From an uncultured Acidobacteriota bacterium (GTDB lineage: Bacteria > Acidobacteriota > Vicinamibacteria > Vicinamibacterales > 2-12-FULL-66-21): a stretch of 64,000 nt of DNA. The notes under the pieces were generated by a model. It did no database searches and was not told the origin of the DNA. It saw only the letters and a list, made by a program, of their open reading frames with translations. Every line of letters begins with the position of its first letter. Position 1 is the first letter of the stretch. A program made the translations under genes and the position numbers. The stretch covers positions 453,950 to 517,949 of the forward strand of contig CAWIWL010000013.1 in NCBI GenBank assembly GCA_963839705.1. The letters run 5' to 3'. Below, piece by piece: positions 17,374 to 27,872 of the stretch.

Positions 17374-18657
17374 TTACTGTCCGGAGCCGGCAGGCGTCGC
17401 GACGGGCTCGAGCCGCAGGATCCCGCCGGGGTTGGCGTCGACGACGAGATACAGCAGCCCATCGGGGCCCTGGCGGACGTCGCGGATGCGCTGGCGCAGC
17501 GAACCGAGCATCAGTTCGCGTCCGGCGAGGCCTCGCCCGTTCATCCCGACGCGCCAGACACCCGTGCCAGCGAGCGCACCGAGGAAGAACTGACCCTTCC
17601 ACCCGGCGTACTTGTCGCCGCTGTAGATCACCATCCCTGAAAGGCCCGGCGACGGCGCCCAGAACATGAACGGCTGTTCCATGCCTTCTTGAGCGGGCTG
17701 CGGACTGATGACTTCGCCGCTGTACTCGCGGCCGAACGTGATGACGGGCCAGCCGTAGTTCTTGCCCGCCTCGATCAGGTTGAGCTCGTCGCCGCCCTGC
17801 GGGCCGTGTTCGGTGGCCCAGACGGCGCCGGTGTCGGGATGGACGGCGAGCCCCTGAATGTTGCGGTGCCCCCACGTGAAGATCTCGGGCTTGTATCCAG
17901 CCTTGCCCACGAACGGATTGTCGGGAGGCACGGAGCCGTCGTCTTTGAGCCGCAGGATCTTGCCGCCGTGGATGTTGGTGTTCTGCGCGCGGACGCGGTC
18001 GTTGCGCTCGCCGACGCTCATGTAGAGCATGCCGTCCTTGCCGAAGGCGAGCTTCGACCCGAAGTGGACGCCGCCCTGGTTCCAGTTGTCGGTGACGAGC
18101 AGGTCCTTCAGGTCGACGAGCGCCTTGCCGTCGAACCGCCCGCGCGCGAGCGCCGTCGTCCCCTCCTTGTCCTTCCCCTTCGAGTAGGTCAGGTAGACGA
18201 ACTGGTTCTGCGCGAACTGCGGATGGAGGGCGACCTCGAGCAGCCCGCCCTGGCCGACCGCAAACACTTCGGGGATGCCGGCTATCGGCAGAGGGTCGAG
18301 CGCGCCGCCGCGGACGATCCTCAGCTTTCCCGCCTTCTCGGTGACGAGCATGTCGCCGTTCGGCAGGAACGCGAGGCTCCACGGCGTCGCGAGGCCCTTG
18401 ACCAAGGGTACGACGCGCAGCTGACCGCCGAGCGCCTCGACCACCGGGGACCCGTCGGGGAACGGGAGCGAGGGAGGCCGCTGGAACCCGCCTGGGGCCG
18501 GTCCCTGTCGTCCGCCACCCTGTCGTCCGCCTGCCGGAGGCTGAGCCGCGCCGGCGGGCGGTTGCTGCACGGGCGGCGAAGCCATCAAGGCAGCCGCAGC
18601 CAACCCAATTGCCGCCGCTGTCACGCCGAGAGTTGTCTGTTTCATCGATGTCCGCAT
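17374..18657 (-). CDS. PQQ-dependent sugar dehydrogenase (soluble aldose dehydrogenase, YliI-like)
   Basis: LLEVALHP..HFGSKLAFGKDGMLYMSVGER..GKILRL..WGHRNIQGLAVHP..EHGPQGGDELN..GKNYGWP. ATG 18657 is preceded by AGGAG, and a signal peptide follows. Confidence 0.85.
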   Translation of the reverse strand: MRTSMKQTTLGVTAAAIGLAAAALMASPPVQQPPAGAAQPPAGGRQGGGRQGPAPGGFQRPPSLPFPDGSPVVEALGGQLRVVPLVKGLATPWSLAFLPNGDMLVTEKAGKLRIVRGGALDPLPIAGIPEVFAVGQGGLLEVALHPQFAQNQFVYLTYSKGKDKEGTTALARGRFDGKALVDLKDLLVTDNWNQGGVHFGSKLAFGKDGMLYMSVGERNDRVRAQNTNIHGGKILRLKDDGSVPPDNPFVGKAGYKPEIFTWGHRNIQGLAVHPDTGAVWATEHGPQGGDELNLIEAGKNYGWPVITFGREYSGEVISPQPAQEGMEQPFMFWAPSPGLSGMVIYSGDKYAGWKGQFFLGALAGTGVWRVGMNGRGLAGRELMLGSLRQRIRDVRQGPDGLLYLVVDANPGGILRLEPVATPAGSGQ

Positions 18658-18703
18658 CTCGATCTCCTGTTGTTCTCGCGAGCTGCCTCGTGACTCTGCC
18701 CGT

Positions 18704-19567
18704 CTACGTCTGCCTGATGCCTCCGAGGACGCCGCGCATGTAGGCGAACGACTGGAGCATTCCCGGCAGCGGATTGTCCACATCGATCTCGTATTCGAGA
18801 CCGACATGACCCGTATAGCCGATCTTGACGAGCGCACGGAAGAGGGCGGGGAAGTCGATGGCGCCCTTCCCGACGATCACCTGGCTGTCACGATCCTTCA
18901 AGTTGCTCAGGTCCTTGACGTGGAGATCGTAGACCCGCTCGTGCAGCTCGAGGATGGCCTTCGTCGGATCGACGCCGGCGCGCCACGTGTGGCCGATGTC
19001 CACGCACAGCCCCATGTGCTTGTCGCGCCCTTTGACGTGCTTGTACACATCGTACGGCGACGGGAAGAACTTGTCCTCGGGGCCGTGATTGTGGATGGCG
19101 ACCTTGATGTCGAACTCCTTCGCCGTCTTCTCCACCGTGTCCAGCGCCTCGAAGCTCGGCGCCGCAACGATGAGCGGCATCCCGGCAAGCTTCGCGTATT
19201 CGAAGTCCTTGCGCACCTGCTCCGCGTCGCTCGGCTGCCAGCTTGGACCCTTCTGCACCCACGTGATGGTGCCGCCGCCCATGATCGTGAAGCCCGCGGC
19301 CTCGGTCTTGGCACGAGCCGCCTTGATCGCCTCGGGCGGATCGGTCCGGGGCAGATGCACATCCTTGAAATTGATGTATCTGACGTCGCAGGCCTTGGCC
19401 ATCTCGAGGGCCTTGTCGAAGGGGAACTTGCGCAGGGAATATGAGGCAACGCCGAGCTTCAGCTGATCGGGGGCCGCAGCCGCTGGCGCCGGCGAGGCAG
19501 CCCGACCGGTTACCTGAGGCAGAATGCTTGCGGCCGCCACCGTCGCCAGGAATTCACGTCGTCTCAT
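18704..19567 (-). CDS. Sugar phosphate isomerase/epimerase (xylose-isomerase-like TIM barrel) with a Tat signal
   Basis: MRRREFLATVAAASIL followed by TIM-barrel family motifs (VAIHNH, DIGH). Confidence 0.75.
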   Translation of the reverse strand: MRRREFLATVAAASILPQVTGRAASPAPAAAAPDQLKLGVASYSLRKFPFDKALEMAKACDVRYINFKDVHLPRTDPPEAIKAARAKTEAAGFTIMGGGTITWVQKGPSWQPSDAEQVRKDFEYAKLAGMPLIVAAPSFEALDTVEKTAKEFDIKVAIHNHGPEDKFFPSPYDVYKHVKGRDKHMGLCVDIGHTWRAGVDPTKAILELHERVYDLHVKDLSNLKDRDSQVIVGKGAIDFPALFRALVKIGYTGHVGLEYEIDVDNPLPGMLQSFAYMRGVLGGIRQT

Positions 19568-19652
19568 CGGATTCCCTCCGTGAATGTCATCGAAACCAAC
19601 GCAGCATCATATCGCCTCTCAGAGCTTCGGGGCGATGGGGGACTGTTACGGG

Positions 19653-19777
19653 CAGCTGGCAGCTGGCTGTTGGTTATTCGGGGCTCGGGGATCAGGGATC
19701 AGGAAGATCCTTCCGATCTCGGCCGCACGACTAGGCGCTCAGGGCTCTTGGCCTGATCCCTGATCCCTGATCCCTGA
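19653..19777. repeat. Inverted arrays of degenerate heptamers: (CAGCTGG)2..(GGGATCA)2 on the left and (CCTGATC)3 on the right
   Basis: Read directly. The left arm is 19653-19703, the right arm is 19752-19777, and a 48-nt spacer holds a small hairpin GGAAGATCCTTCC. Confidence 0.75.
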
Positions 19778-19801
19778 GCCTTCGTAATGACATAATGATC
19801 C

Positions 19802-21181
19802 GTGCCATTCAACCATCTCGGGCTTCATCCTTCTCTTCTGCAGGGCATCAAGGAGCTGGGCTTCGTTCGGCCCACGACCATTCAAGCTGAGGCGATTCCC
19901 CCTGCGATGCAGGGCAGGGACGTCATCGCAACCGCACAAACCGGCAGCGGCAAGACGGCGGCGTTTCTGCTTCCCATCCTGAACCGGCTGATCGACAAGC
20001 CTCGCCGGACCACGCGTGCGCTCGTACTTGCGCCGACGCGTGAGCTCGCGGCGCAGATTCTCGAGGACCTCAACGCACTCGCCGTCCACACGCCGATCAC
20101 CGGCGCGGCGGTCTATGGAGGCGTAGGAATGGGGCCGCAGGAGCACGCGTTCAAGAGCGGCGTCGACATCATCGTTGCGACACCGGGCCGGCTGCTGGAC
20201 CACATGCGCTCGGGTTACGCGAAGATGAGCCATCTCGAACACCTCGTCCTCGACGAGGCGGACCGCATGCTCGACATGGGGTTCCTGCCCGAGATCCGCA
20301 AGATCCTGACGCACTTGCCAACGCGCCGCCAGACGCTCTTCTTCAGCGCGACGATGCCGCCGCCGATTGCGGCGCTGTCCAGCGAAATGCTCCGTAATCC
20401 TGTGACGATTCAGATGCAGCGCCAGGCCGCGCCCGCCTCGGGGATCACGCAGGCGGTCTATCCGGTGCCGCAAGAACTGAAGCCGGTGCTGGCCGTGCAC
20501 TTGCTGACGCGCGGGACGATGACGCAGGCGCTGATCTTCACCCGGACGAAACATCGGGCGAACCGGCTGGCGGACTTCCTGGTTCGGAGCGGCATCAAGA
20601 CGGAGCGGATCCACGGGAACCGCTCGCAGGCGCAGCGCACGGCGGCGCTCGCGGGCTTCAGGAACGGGACCTATCCCGTGCTCGTCGCGACCGACATTGC
20701 GGCCCGCGGCATCGACGTCGAAGCGCTCGGCCACGTGGTGAACTTCGATGTGCCGATGGCGCCCGACGACTACATTCATCGCGTCGGACGCACGGGCCGC
20801 GCGGAGATGACCGGCGAAGCCTTCACGTTCGTCTCGCCGCAGGAGGAGGGCGAGCTGAAGGACATCGAGCGCGTGCTCGGACGGCGGCTGCCGCGCGTCA
20901 CCGTCCCGGACTTCGACTACGCGGCGCGCCCGCAGGCCAGGCTGGAGATTCCGCTCGCGCAGCGCATCGCGGAGATCAGGGCAAGGAAGCGGGGAGAGCG
21001 CGAGCGCGCCGCCGCCAACGCCGCGCGCCGCTCCGCCGCCCAGCGCGGGCGTCCTGTTACGCCGTCACAGCCGCATGGAGATGGTGGTCATCGGCCGCCG
21101 CGCCCGTCGGGGCCATCAGGACACGGTCATCGTCCGAGCCGTCCGAGCCGATTCGGCGGCCGCGGCCGGCGGACGCGGTAG
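19802..21181 (+). CDS. DEAD-box ATP-dependent RNA helicase (RhlE-like, basic C-terminal tail)
   Basis: PTTIQ, AQTGSGKT, DEAD, SAT and HRVGRTGR motifs; GTG start. Confidence 0.9.
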   Translation: MPFNHLGLHPSLLQGIKELGFVRPTTIQAEAIPPAMQGRDVIATAQTGSGKTAAFLLPILNRLIDKPRRTTRALVLAPTRELAAQILEDLNALAVHTPITGAAVYGGVGMGPQEHAFKSGVDIIVATPGRLLDHMRSGYAKMSHLEHLVLDEADRMLDMGFLPEIRKILTHLPTRRQTLFFSATMPPPIAALSSEMLRNPVTIQMQRQAAPASGITQAVYPVPQELKPVLAVHLLTRGTMTQALIFTRTKHRANRLADFLVRSGIKTERIHGNRSQAQRTAALAGFRNGTYPVLVATDIAARGIDVEALGHVVNFDVPMAPDDYIHRVGRTGRAEMTGEAFTFVSPQEEGELKDIERVLGRRLPRVTVPDFDYAARPQARLEIPLAQRIAEIRARKRGERERAAANAARRSAAQRGRPVTPSQPHGDGGHRPPRPSGPSGHGHRPSRPSRFGGRGRRTR

Positions 21182-21340
21182 TCTAAAAGGCTTCAGCGCG
21201 GAGCGCTCGGCTTGGCCGGGTCTACAAGACGCTCGCAGTTGCGCGTCGCGCCCGTAGCGCGCTCGCAACCTCCCGCTGCGCGGGGGCGTCGAGAGCGGTC
21301 AGCGTTCGGACGATGCCACCTTCCATAACCGCTCGTCGAG

Positions 21341-21592
21341 ATGGCACACGAAAGTCTGGCCCTGAGCGAGCGGCGCGTGATCCGCATCGAGAGTGGCGAT
21401 CGTGCGATTGACCCGCTGTACCGATCCTGGACCTGGATGGGAAGCAGCGCCTTCGACATGTCGCCGGACAGCCGGTGGCGGATACTACTCGAGCCGCGGT
21501 ATCCGCAGTTCGTAAAGGCGCTCAAGACGGTCACGGCCAGTGCCGCAGAGCGGTCCCCCCTGGCGCGTGCGCTGATGCAGGCCGATCTGTGA
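21341..21592 (+). CDS. Hypothetical small protein (83 aa)
   Basis: Third-position GC is about 80% by hand count and the composition is protein-like. The overlapping minus ORF 21193..21675 is Arg/Ser/Cys-rich nonsense. Confidence 0.4.
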   Translation: MAHESLALSERRVIRIESGDRAIDPLYRSWTWMGSSAFDMSPDSRWRILLEPRYPQFVKALKTVTASAAERSPLARALMQADL

Positions 21593-21605
21593 GGCAGTCT
21601 ACGAC

Positions 21606-21902
21606 ATGCTGCGCACGCTCCCGCTGATGCGGCCAGGGAGCCGCGGATCCACACCCGATACCGTTGTGCGCACACAACGCATCGAGGAACTTATGCCGTT
21701 GCTGGCCCGCGCGATCCGAGCGTTGGCGCTGACGCGCGCCGAGATCGAAGCGCTGACGGACAATTATGCGGCCGGAGCGCGAGCTGGCGAGCTGCCCGCT
21801 CTCTTCTCACGTGAAAGCGGTTGGAGAACTGCGCTAGCGGAACACCGTCGCGGTAGACCATTCGATTGCGCGCGGTGCTTCGGATGCGATCGCCTGCGGT
21901 GA
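21606..21902 (+). CDS. Hypothetical small protein. The coding signal is convincing only to about 21815, and the 3' end is uncertain.
   Basis: Helical, protein-like sequence (RIEELMPLLARAIRALALTRAEIEALTDNY). GC3 is about 85% to roughly 21815 and then about 48%. It converges on and overlaps the lhr 3' end. Confidence 0.3.
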   Translation: MLRTLPLMRPGSRGSTPDTVVRTQRIEELMPLLARAIRALALTRAEIEALTDNYAAGARAGELPALFSRESGWRTALAEHRRGRPFDCARCFGCDRLR

Positions 21903-24900
21903 CGATTCCGGCGAGGTTCAGCGGATCAGCTGTGCCAATCGCGAGGAGTCGGCCGTTGCTGGGCGTACGCCGCACTTCGCGCAGTCGCTCGATGGCCTCA
22001 GGCATCGCGAACTGTTCACCCGACATTCCGGATACGAATCGTCCGCCGCGGATCTCCCCGCGCGCCTCGAGCCGGCGGTAGACGCGGGCGAGATCGCGCC
22101 ACGGCGCCACGATGCTCTCCCGAGTCAGCAGGCGGTGGAAGACGACGCCGTAGCGGCGGAGCAGTGCCCACGCTTCGGCCTCGATCACCGCGCTATCCTC
22201 TGCCGCCAGATGGGGAGTGGGGATCGTGCTCCAGCGCCCGGCGAAGCTCGCCCGGCGATCGCGCACGATCGGGCGGCCGGACGCGCGCACCAGGAGCGCC
22301 CTCAGACCCGAGAACCCATCAGAGGCGGCCAGGCCGCTCGCGACGAGCGCGCCGAGCCCTCGGCGTGTGTCTTCGGCGTCGAGGCCGCTCGCGACGCGCA
22401 CGTCGTTGAAGAATGACGCGCCCCTGCTGCGCAGCACGTCCAGCACGCGCCTGGCCGTGTCGGTGAGTCTGCGCTCGGGATCGTCCGCGACGCGCCGCAG
22501 AGCCTGCCAGGCCTCGCTGTGATCGCGTTGAAAAAGCGCGACCGGCGTGGCAGGGGTGAGCTGCGCAGGTTCCGCGAGCGCGACCGACCGCGGCGAGACG
22601 CGCGCCCAGCCGACCTCTCCAGCGAAACACAACATATCGAGCATCGACGGCTCGTAGCCCTCGACGCGGGCAGGAAGGACCGAGCGTTCCCACGCCGCCC
22701 CGGCAAGCTCGAATCCGTCGAGCTGCGTCAGTGCTTCTCGCAGTCCGTCGAGTCCGGCCAGCCGAGCGACGGGATCGAGGTGCTGCCACCTGAAGAGAAA
22801 CCGCATGAAGTCGGCCGGGCTGACCGGCTCGATCTCGGCGCGAAGCCGGTTGAGCGTGTAGCGGTGAATGCGCGCGAGGAGCGCTCGATCGCACCACTCG
22901 ATACCGCCCTGCCTGGGCGGTGAAGCGACCTCGGAGCACCACGCCCTCCGATTCGAGCGCCAGGAGCGCCGCATCTGCCTCCTTCGTGGCAATCGCTAGC
23001 GATCGAGCCAGCTGGTCCGCAGTGGTCGGACCCACCAGGCAAAGACGGCCGCGAACGAGCTCGGCGATCGCGGCGGCCCGCTCCCACTCACGCGCGCGGG
23101 AGAGCGGCGCCGCGATGGGTGGCTCGAGGACTGCCTCCGGGTGAATCGCGAGGAGCTCGGGAAGCCGCTCTGCCGCAACGCTCAGCAGCTCCGTTCGACC
23201 GGTGTCGTCGAGGCGGCAGTGGCAGCTGCGAGAGGCGCCGGCCAGCGCATCGTGAAACGCTCGGGCCCCCTCGCCCATCTCGCTGTCGAGGAGGTAGCCG
23301 CACGTCATGAGCGCATCGTGCAGCTCGTCGGCATTGCGCGGATCCGGGCGCGCCTCGTCGCGGACCCGATCGATTGCCGCCTGGTCGAGCATGCCAAGTT
23401 CGCCGGCGCCGGCGTCGGTCCCGCGTCGCGTCTGAACGGCACGACTCCGACGCTCTTCGAGGGGCGCATCATCGAGAAACGCGTACGGTTTTGCGCCGAG
23501 GATCTCGTGGGCGAACACCGAGGGCTCCGGCGTGTCTCGCGACACGAGCTTCAATTCGCCGCGATGAATCCGTCCCAGCACGGCGTTGAGGCCATCGAGA
23601 TCCATCGCTTCTTCGAGGCAATCACGAACCGTCTGCGCGACGAGCGGGTGATCGGGAATCTGGCGATCGCCGGGGATGTTCTCGAGGCACGCGGCGGCAT
23701 CGGGGAAGACAGAGGCCAGCAGATCCGCGGCCAGCATCCGTTGCACCTGGGGCGCGATCTTCCGCCCGCCTCGCGTGCGCGGAACGGCGAGCGAAATCGT
23801 CGCGTTCCACCGCCACCGCGTCTCGAAGACCGGTGCGTCGAGAAACGCCTGCACGAGCACGTCGCGGGTCGTTTCGGGGTGCAGGTAGCGGAACACGTCC
23901 GAGAGCGGGAACGAGTGCTGAGGGCCGAGAGAGAGCATCAGGCCGTCGTCAGTCGCCGCGGCCTGCAGCTCGAAGTTGAACTGACGGCAGAAGCGCTTTC
24001 GCAGCGCAAGGCCCCAGGCCTTCGTGACGCGGCTGCCGAACGGCGCGTGCAGGACGAGCTGCATGCCGCCAGATTCGTCGAAGAACCGTTCGAGAACGAG
24101 CGTGTTCTGCGACGGAATCACGCCGAGCACCCGCCGTCCATCAGCCAGGTAGGCGACGGCCTGCTCCGCCGCGTCGCTTCTCAGTCCCGTCTCCTCAACG
24201 AGCCACGCCGTCACATCGCGAACCGTCGATTGAGCGGCCGCCGGTGTCTCCTGCGCGAGCCGGCCATCGATCGCCGCGCGCAGATCGCTGACCGCCTTCG
24301 ACAGCTCGTCGCTTCTGGCCGGCGCCTCGCCGAGCCAGAAGGGGATGGTCGGGGGCGCGCCTTTGGCGTCCGCCACGCGCACGGTCCCCGAGGTCACCTG
24401 CAGAATGCGCCACGAGGCGTTGCCAAGTTGAAAGATATCGCCGGCGATCGACTCGATGGCGAAGTCCTCGTTGAGCGTGCCGATGAAGGTCTCTTCAGGG
24501 TCCAGGATGACGCGAAAATCCGCGATCTCGGGAATGGCGCCACCGGATGTCTGCGCCAGCAGCCGGCTGCCGCGCCGCCCGCGGAGGATTGCGTTGACCT
24601 CGTCGCGGTGGATGAGCGCGGCGCGCCGGCCTTTTCTCGTCGAGAATCCTTCCGACGACATGCTGACGACGGCGTCGAACTGCGCGCGTGTGAGATCGCG
24701 GTATGGCCACGCGCCTCGCACGAGCGCAAAGAGGTCGTCCTCGCGGTACTCGGCGCATGCCGTTTCGGCCACCAGTTGCTGCGCCAGGACGTCGAGCGGC
24801 GCGTCGTGGGCGACGATCGCATCGAGGTCGCCGCGCCGCACCGATCGCAGCAAGGCCGCGCACTCGATGAGGTCGTCGCGGGAAGTCGGAAAAACCCGTC

Positions 24901-26011
24901 CCTTGGGGAGTCCCGCGATCGTATGTCCGGATCGGCCCACCCGCTGCAGCAGCGTGGCAATCCGGTGCGGCGATCCAATCTGGCAAACGAGGTCCACGTG
25001 CCCGATGTCGATCCCGAGTTCGAGCGATGCTGTCGCGACGAGGGCCCGCAGGACTCCCGCCTTGAGCCGCGTCTCGGCGTCGAGACGCATCTCCTTGGAG
25101 AGGCTTCCGTGGTGCGCCGTGACGGCGTCGTCGCCCAACCGGTCGCTCAGGTGACGGGCCAGTCGTTCGGCCATCCGCCGGGTGTTCACGAAGATGAGCG
25201 TCGTGCGGTGTGCCGTGACGAGAGCCGCGAGCCGGTCGTGGTACTCATCCCAGACTTCATGGGCCATCACCGCCTCGAGTGGCGCGCCGGGGATTTCGAT
25301 GCCGAGGTCCATCGTGCGGCGATGACCCGTGTCGACGATCGTGCAGGGATCGCCGGACGTTCCGACCAGGAAGCGTGCGACTTCGTCGATCGGCTTCTGC
25401 GTCGCGGAGAGACCAATGCGCAGGAGGGGCCGATCGCACACGTGCTGCAGACGCTCGAGCGACAGGGCGAGATGGGCGCCGCGCCGCGTTCCAATCACGG
25501 CGTGGATTTCGTCGACGATGACCGTGCGGACCGTGCGCAACATGTGGCGGCTGCGCTCGGACGTCAGCAGCAGGTAGAGCGACTCCGGTGTCGTCACCAG
25601 AATGTGTGGCGGCGTTCGAATCATCGCCGCGCGTTCTCCCTGGGTGGTGTCTCCGGTGCGGACAGCCGCAGTGATCCGCGGCGCTGCCAGCCCTTCCTCT
25701 TCGGCGAGCCGCAGAATCTGCCGGCGCGGCTCGGCCAGGTTCTTGTGAATATCTGCGCTCAGTGCCTTGAGCGGCGACACGTACAACACGCGAACCTCGT
25801 CGGGCAGCGGCGAGGTCAATCCCTCGCGCGCGAGCTCGTCAAGGGCGGTCAGGAACGCCGCGAGAGTCTTTCCTGATCCGGTGGGAGCAGCGATGAGCGT
25901 GTGCCGGCCGGCGAAGATCGATTCCCATCCGCGGGCCTGAGCGGCCGTTGGCTCACCGAGTGTGGTCGTGAACCATTGCCGGACGACGGGATGGAAGCGA
26001 GTGAGCGGCAT
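21691..26011 (-). pseudogene. lhr: Lhr-type large DEAD/DEAH-box helicase (about 1440 aa), frame broken at about 22908. The 3' end is uncertain.
   Basis: ORF 22319..26011 has [12 protein letters not shown] and the Lhr layout up to ..[22 protein letters not shown] 21691..22992 in another frame continues [30 protein letters not shown]... One extra g/c in the ccc run at 22907-22909 explains the break. Confidence 0.8.
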
Positions 26012-26053
26012 TGCAGCTGGTACTTCTGCGAAGGGGGAAGACCAGAGTATACC

Positions 26054-26075
26054 CCCTGAACCTTGAACCCTGAAC
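26054..26075. repeat. Single arm of the (CCTGAAC) heptamer repeat
   Basis: CCTGAACCTTGAACCCTGAACC lies between the permease stop and the lhr start. Same heptamer as 39496..39523. Confidence 0.6.
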
Positions 26076-26080
26076 CGCTC

Positions 26081-27512
26081 TTACTTCCCCAGATACGCGT
26101 AGACCGGCAGTCCGGCCATCAGCAGTAGAAACCCCCAAAAGACGACGTCCGGGCCGGCGCCACCAATGGCGAAAAGCGCGTAGATGAACCCCAGGCCGGA
26201 AAGGATCGTGGCACCAGTCGACCAGCTCATGCTCGGCTCGCGGCGGTGGAGGATGACGCCCGCCAGCGAACAGAAGGTGTACGGTACGAGCGTGCTCAGC
26301 GTGGCGAGCAGGAGGATGAACGTGAAGAGCTCGACGAGGCCGCGCGAGTAGTTCATCGCGACGAGCCCGGTCGAAAGCACCGCGGAGACGATCATCGCGA
26401 CGGCCGGCGTGCCTCGGCGCGACACTCGTGCGAACGCGCCCGGGAACAGTCCGTCCCGCGCGACAGCGAGTGGCACTTGACCGCCGATGAGGACCCACCC
26501 GTTCAACGCTCCAAAGCAGGAGATGGCCGCGCCGATCGCGACGAGGGCGGCTGCGCCATCACCCGCGAGCACGCGGGCCGCGTCCGCGAACGGCGCCGTC
26601 GATTGCGTGAGCGTTGCGGGATCCATCAGGCTCATGACGCCGGCCGTGCTCATCAGGTAGAGGGCCGCCGCCAGCAGCGTCCCGATGACCGTCGCCCGCG
26701 GAATCGTACCGGCGGGGATCGACTGTGCTTCCTGCCGGGACCGTGGCGCATTCGAGGCCGACAAACGCAAACAGCGTGAGCGTGACGGTTGCCAGCACGC
26801 CTTTGCCGATGCCATCCTGCACGCCGGTCAGCGAGAAGTGCGATGGTTCGAACGCCAGCGTGCCGGCGATCCCGATGAGGAGGAGGGGAAGAATCTTGAG
26901 AGTCGTCGTGACAAACTGCACGCGTCCCGCGACGAGCGCCCCGCGACAGTTGACCGCCGTCAGGAGCCATATCGTCCCGACAGCCAGCGACGCCGCCGAC
27001 ACCGGGTTCCTGACGACCGATGGGATGAACGGATCGAGGTAACCGACGAAGGCGACTGCCAGCGCCGCATTCGCGGTCCAGATCGAAATCCAGTAGCCCC
27101 ACGCAACCAGGAAACCCGCGAGGTCTCCGTAGGCCTGGCGCGTGTAGGCGTACGGACCGCCGCTGGCCGGACGAAAGCTGGCAAGTCGCGCAAAGACGAG
27201 CGCGAGGCACACCGACCCCGCCGCCGAGATCACCCAGCCCACCAGGCTCAGCCCGCGATAGGCCGCAAGCGACGCCGGCAGCAGGAAGACGCCCGACCCG
27301 ATCATGTTCCCCATCACCAGTGCGACAGAGATCCACAAGCCGATGACAGGCGGAGCGGAAGTTGATGACGACGCGGGAGAAGCCGGAGGGGACGATGACG
27401 ACGGAGCTGACGAACTGGAACTTGAAAAGGAAGGTTCCGGCGGTACCGTCATCGGCGGCGATGGTAGCACAGCGTCGCTGAGCGGCCCCGTGGACGTCTC
27501 GTGCCCGAACAT
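26081..27512 (-). pseudogene. APC-family amino acid permease, frame broken at about 26731. The N-terminal region is unclear.
   Basis: ORF 26559..27512 has GLWISVALVMGNMIGSGVFLLPASLA ... FAFVGLECATVPAG, then nonsense. ORF 26081..26815 continues EAQSIPAGTIPRATVIGTLLAAALYL... to the C-terminus. Confidence 0.75.
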
Positions 27513-27569
27513 GGAACGGGGCTGGCGAGTTCGGTCGATCCGAACGCGGCCAGCCCCGATTTGACGTGC

Positions 27570-27872
27570 TTACGCGACGACGCGCTTGCGCTTGTCTGGT
27601 GAAGAGTCGTCCGTCACGCGGAGGAGGTTCTCCACGCCAGCCGCGCCGAGGGCGCGGGCGAGGATGTCCGCGCGACGCCGTTCGACGGGCGAGCGCACGA
27701 CGCCCTTGAGCGTCACGTGGCCGTCGTTGACCTCCACGTTGATCACGGTCCGGGTCTTCCCCGAGCCGGTCCAGAACGAGGGGTCCTCTTCGATTTGTTC
27801 GGTAATAACCAGTTGAAGCTCGTCGTCATCGAGCAGGCCCGACTTGGCCCGACGGATAATCTCTGCGCGCAT
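27570..27872 (-). CDS. BON domain-containing protein
   Basis: INVEVNDGHVTLKGVVRSPVERRRADILARALGAAGVENLLRV is a typical BON domain. Confidence 0.7.
   Translation of the reverse strand: MRAEIIRRAKSGLLDDDELQLVITEQIEEDPSFWTGSGKTRTVINVEVNDGHVTLKGVVRSPVERRRADILARALGAAGVENLLRVTDDSSPDKRKRVVA

Noticed and set aside
23141-25876. 911-aa plus-strand ORF
   Set aside because: Antisense to the Lhr helicase, with the same high-GC open-frame artefact and no recognisable motifs.
27304-27564. Acidic plus-strand ORF (..VDDDAGEAGGDDDDGADELELEKEG..)
   Set aside because: It is codon-aligned antisense to the permease N-terminal region. Its GNN periodicity mirrors the high C3 of the minus frame, its GC3 is only about 52%, and it has no RBS.
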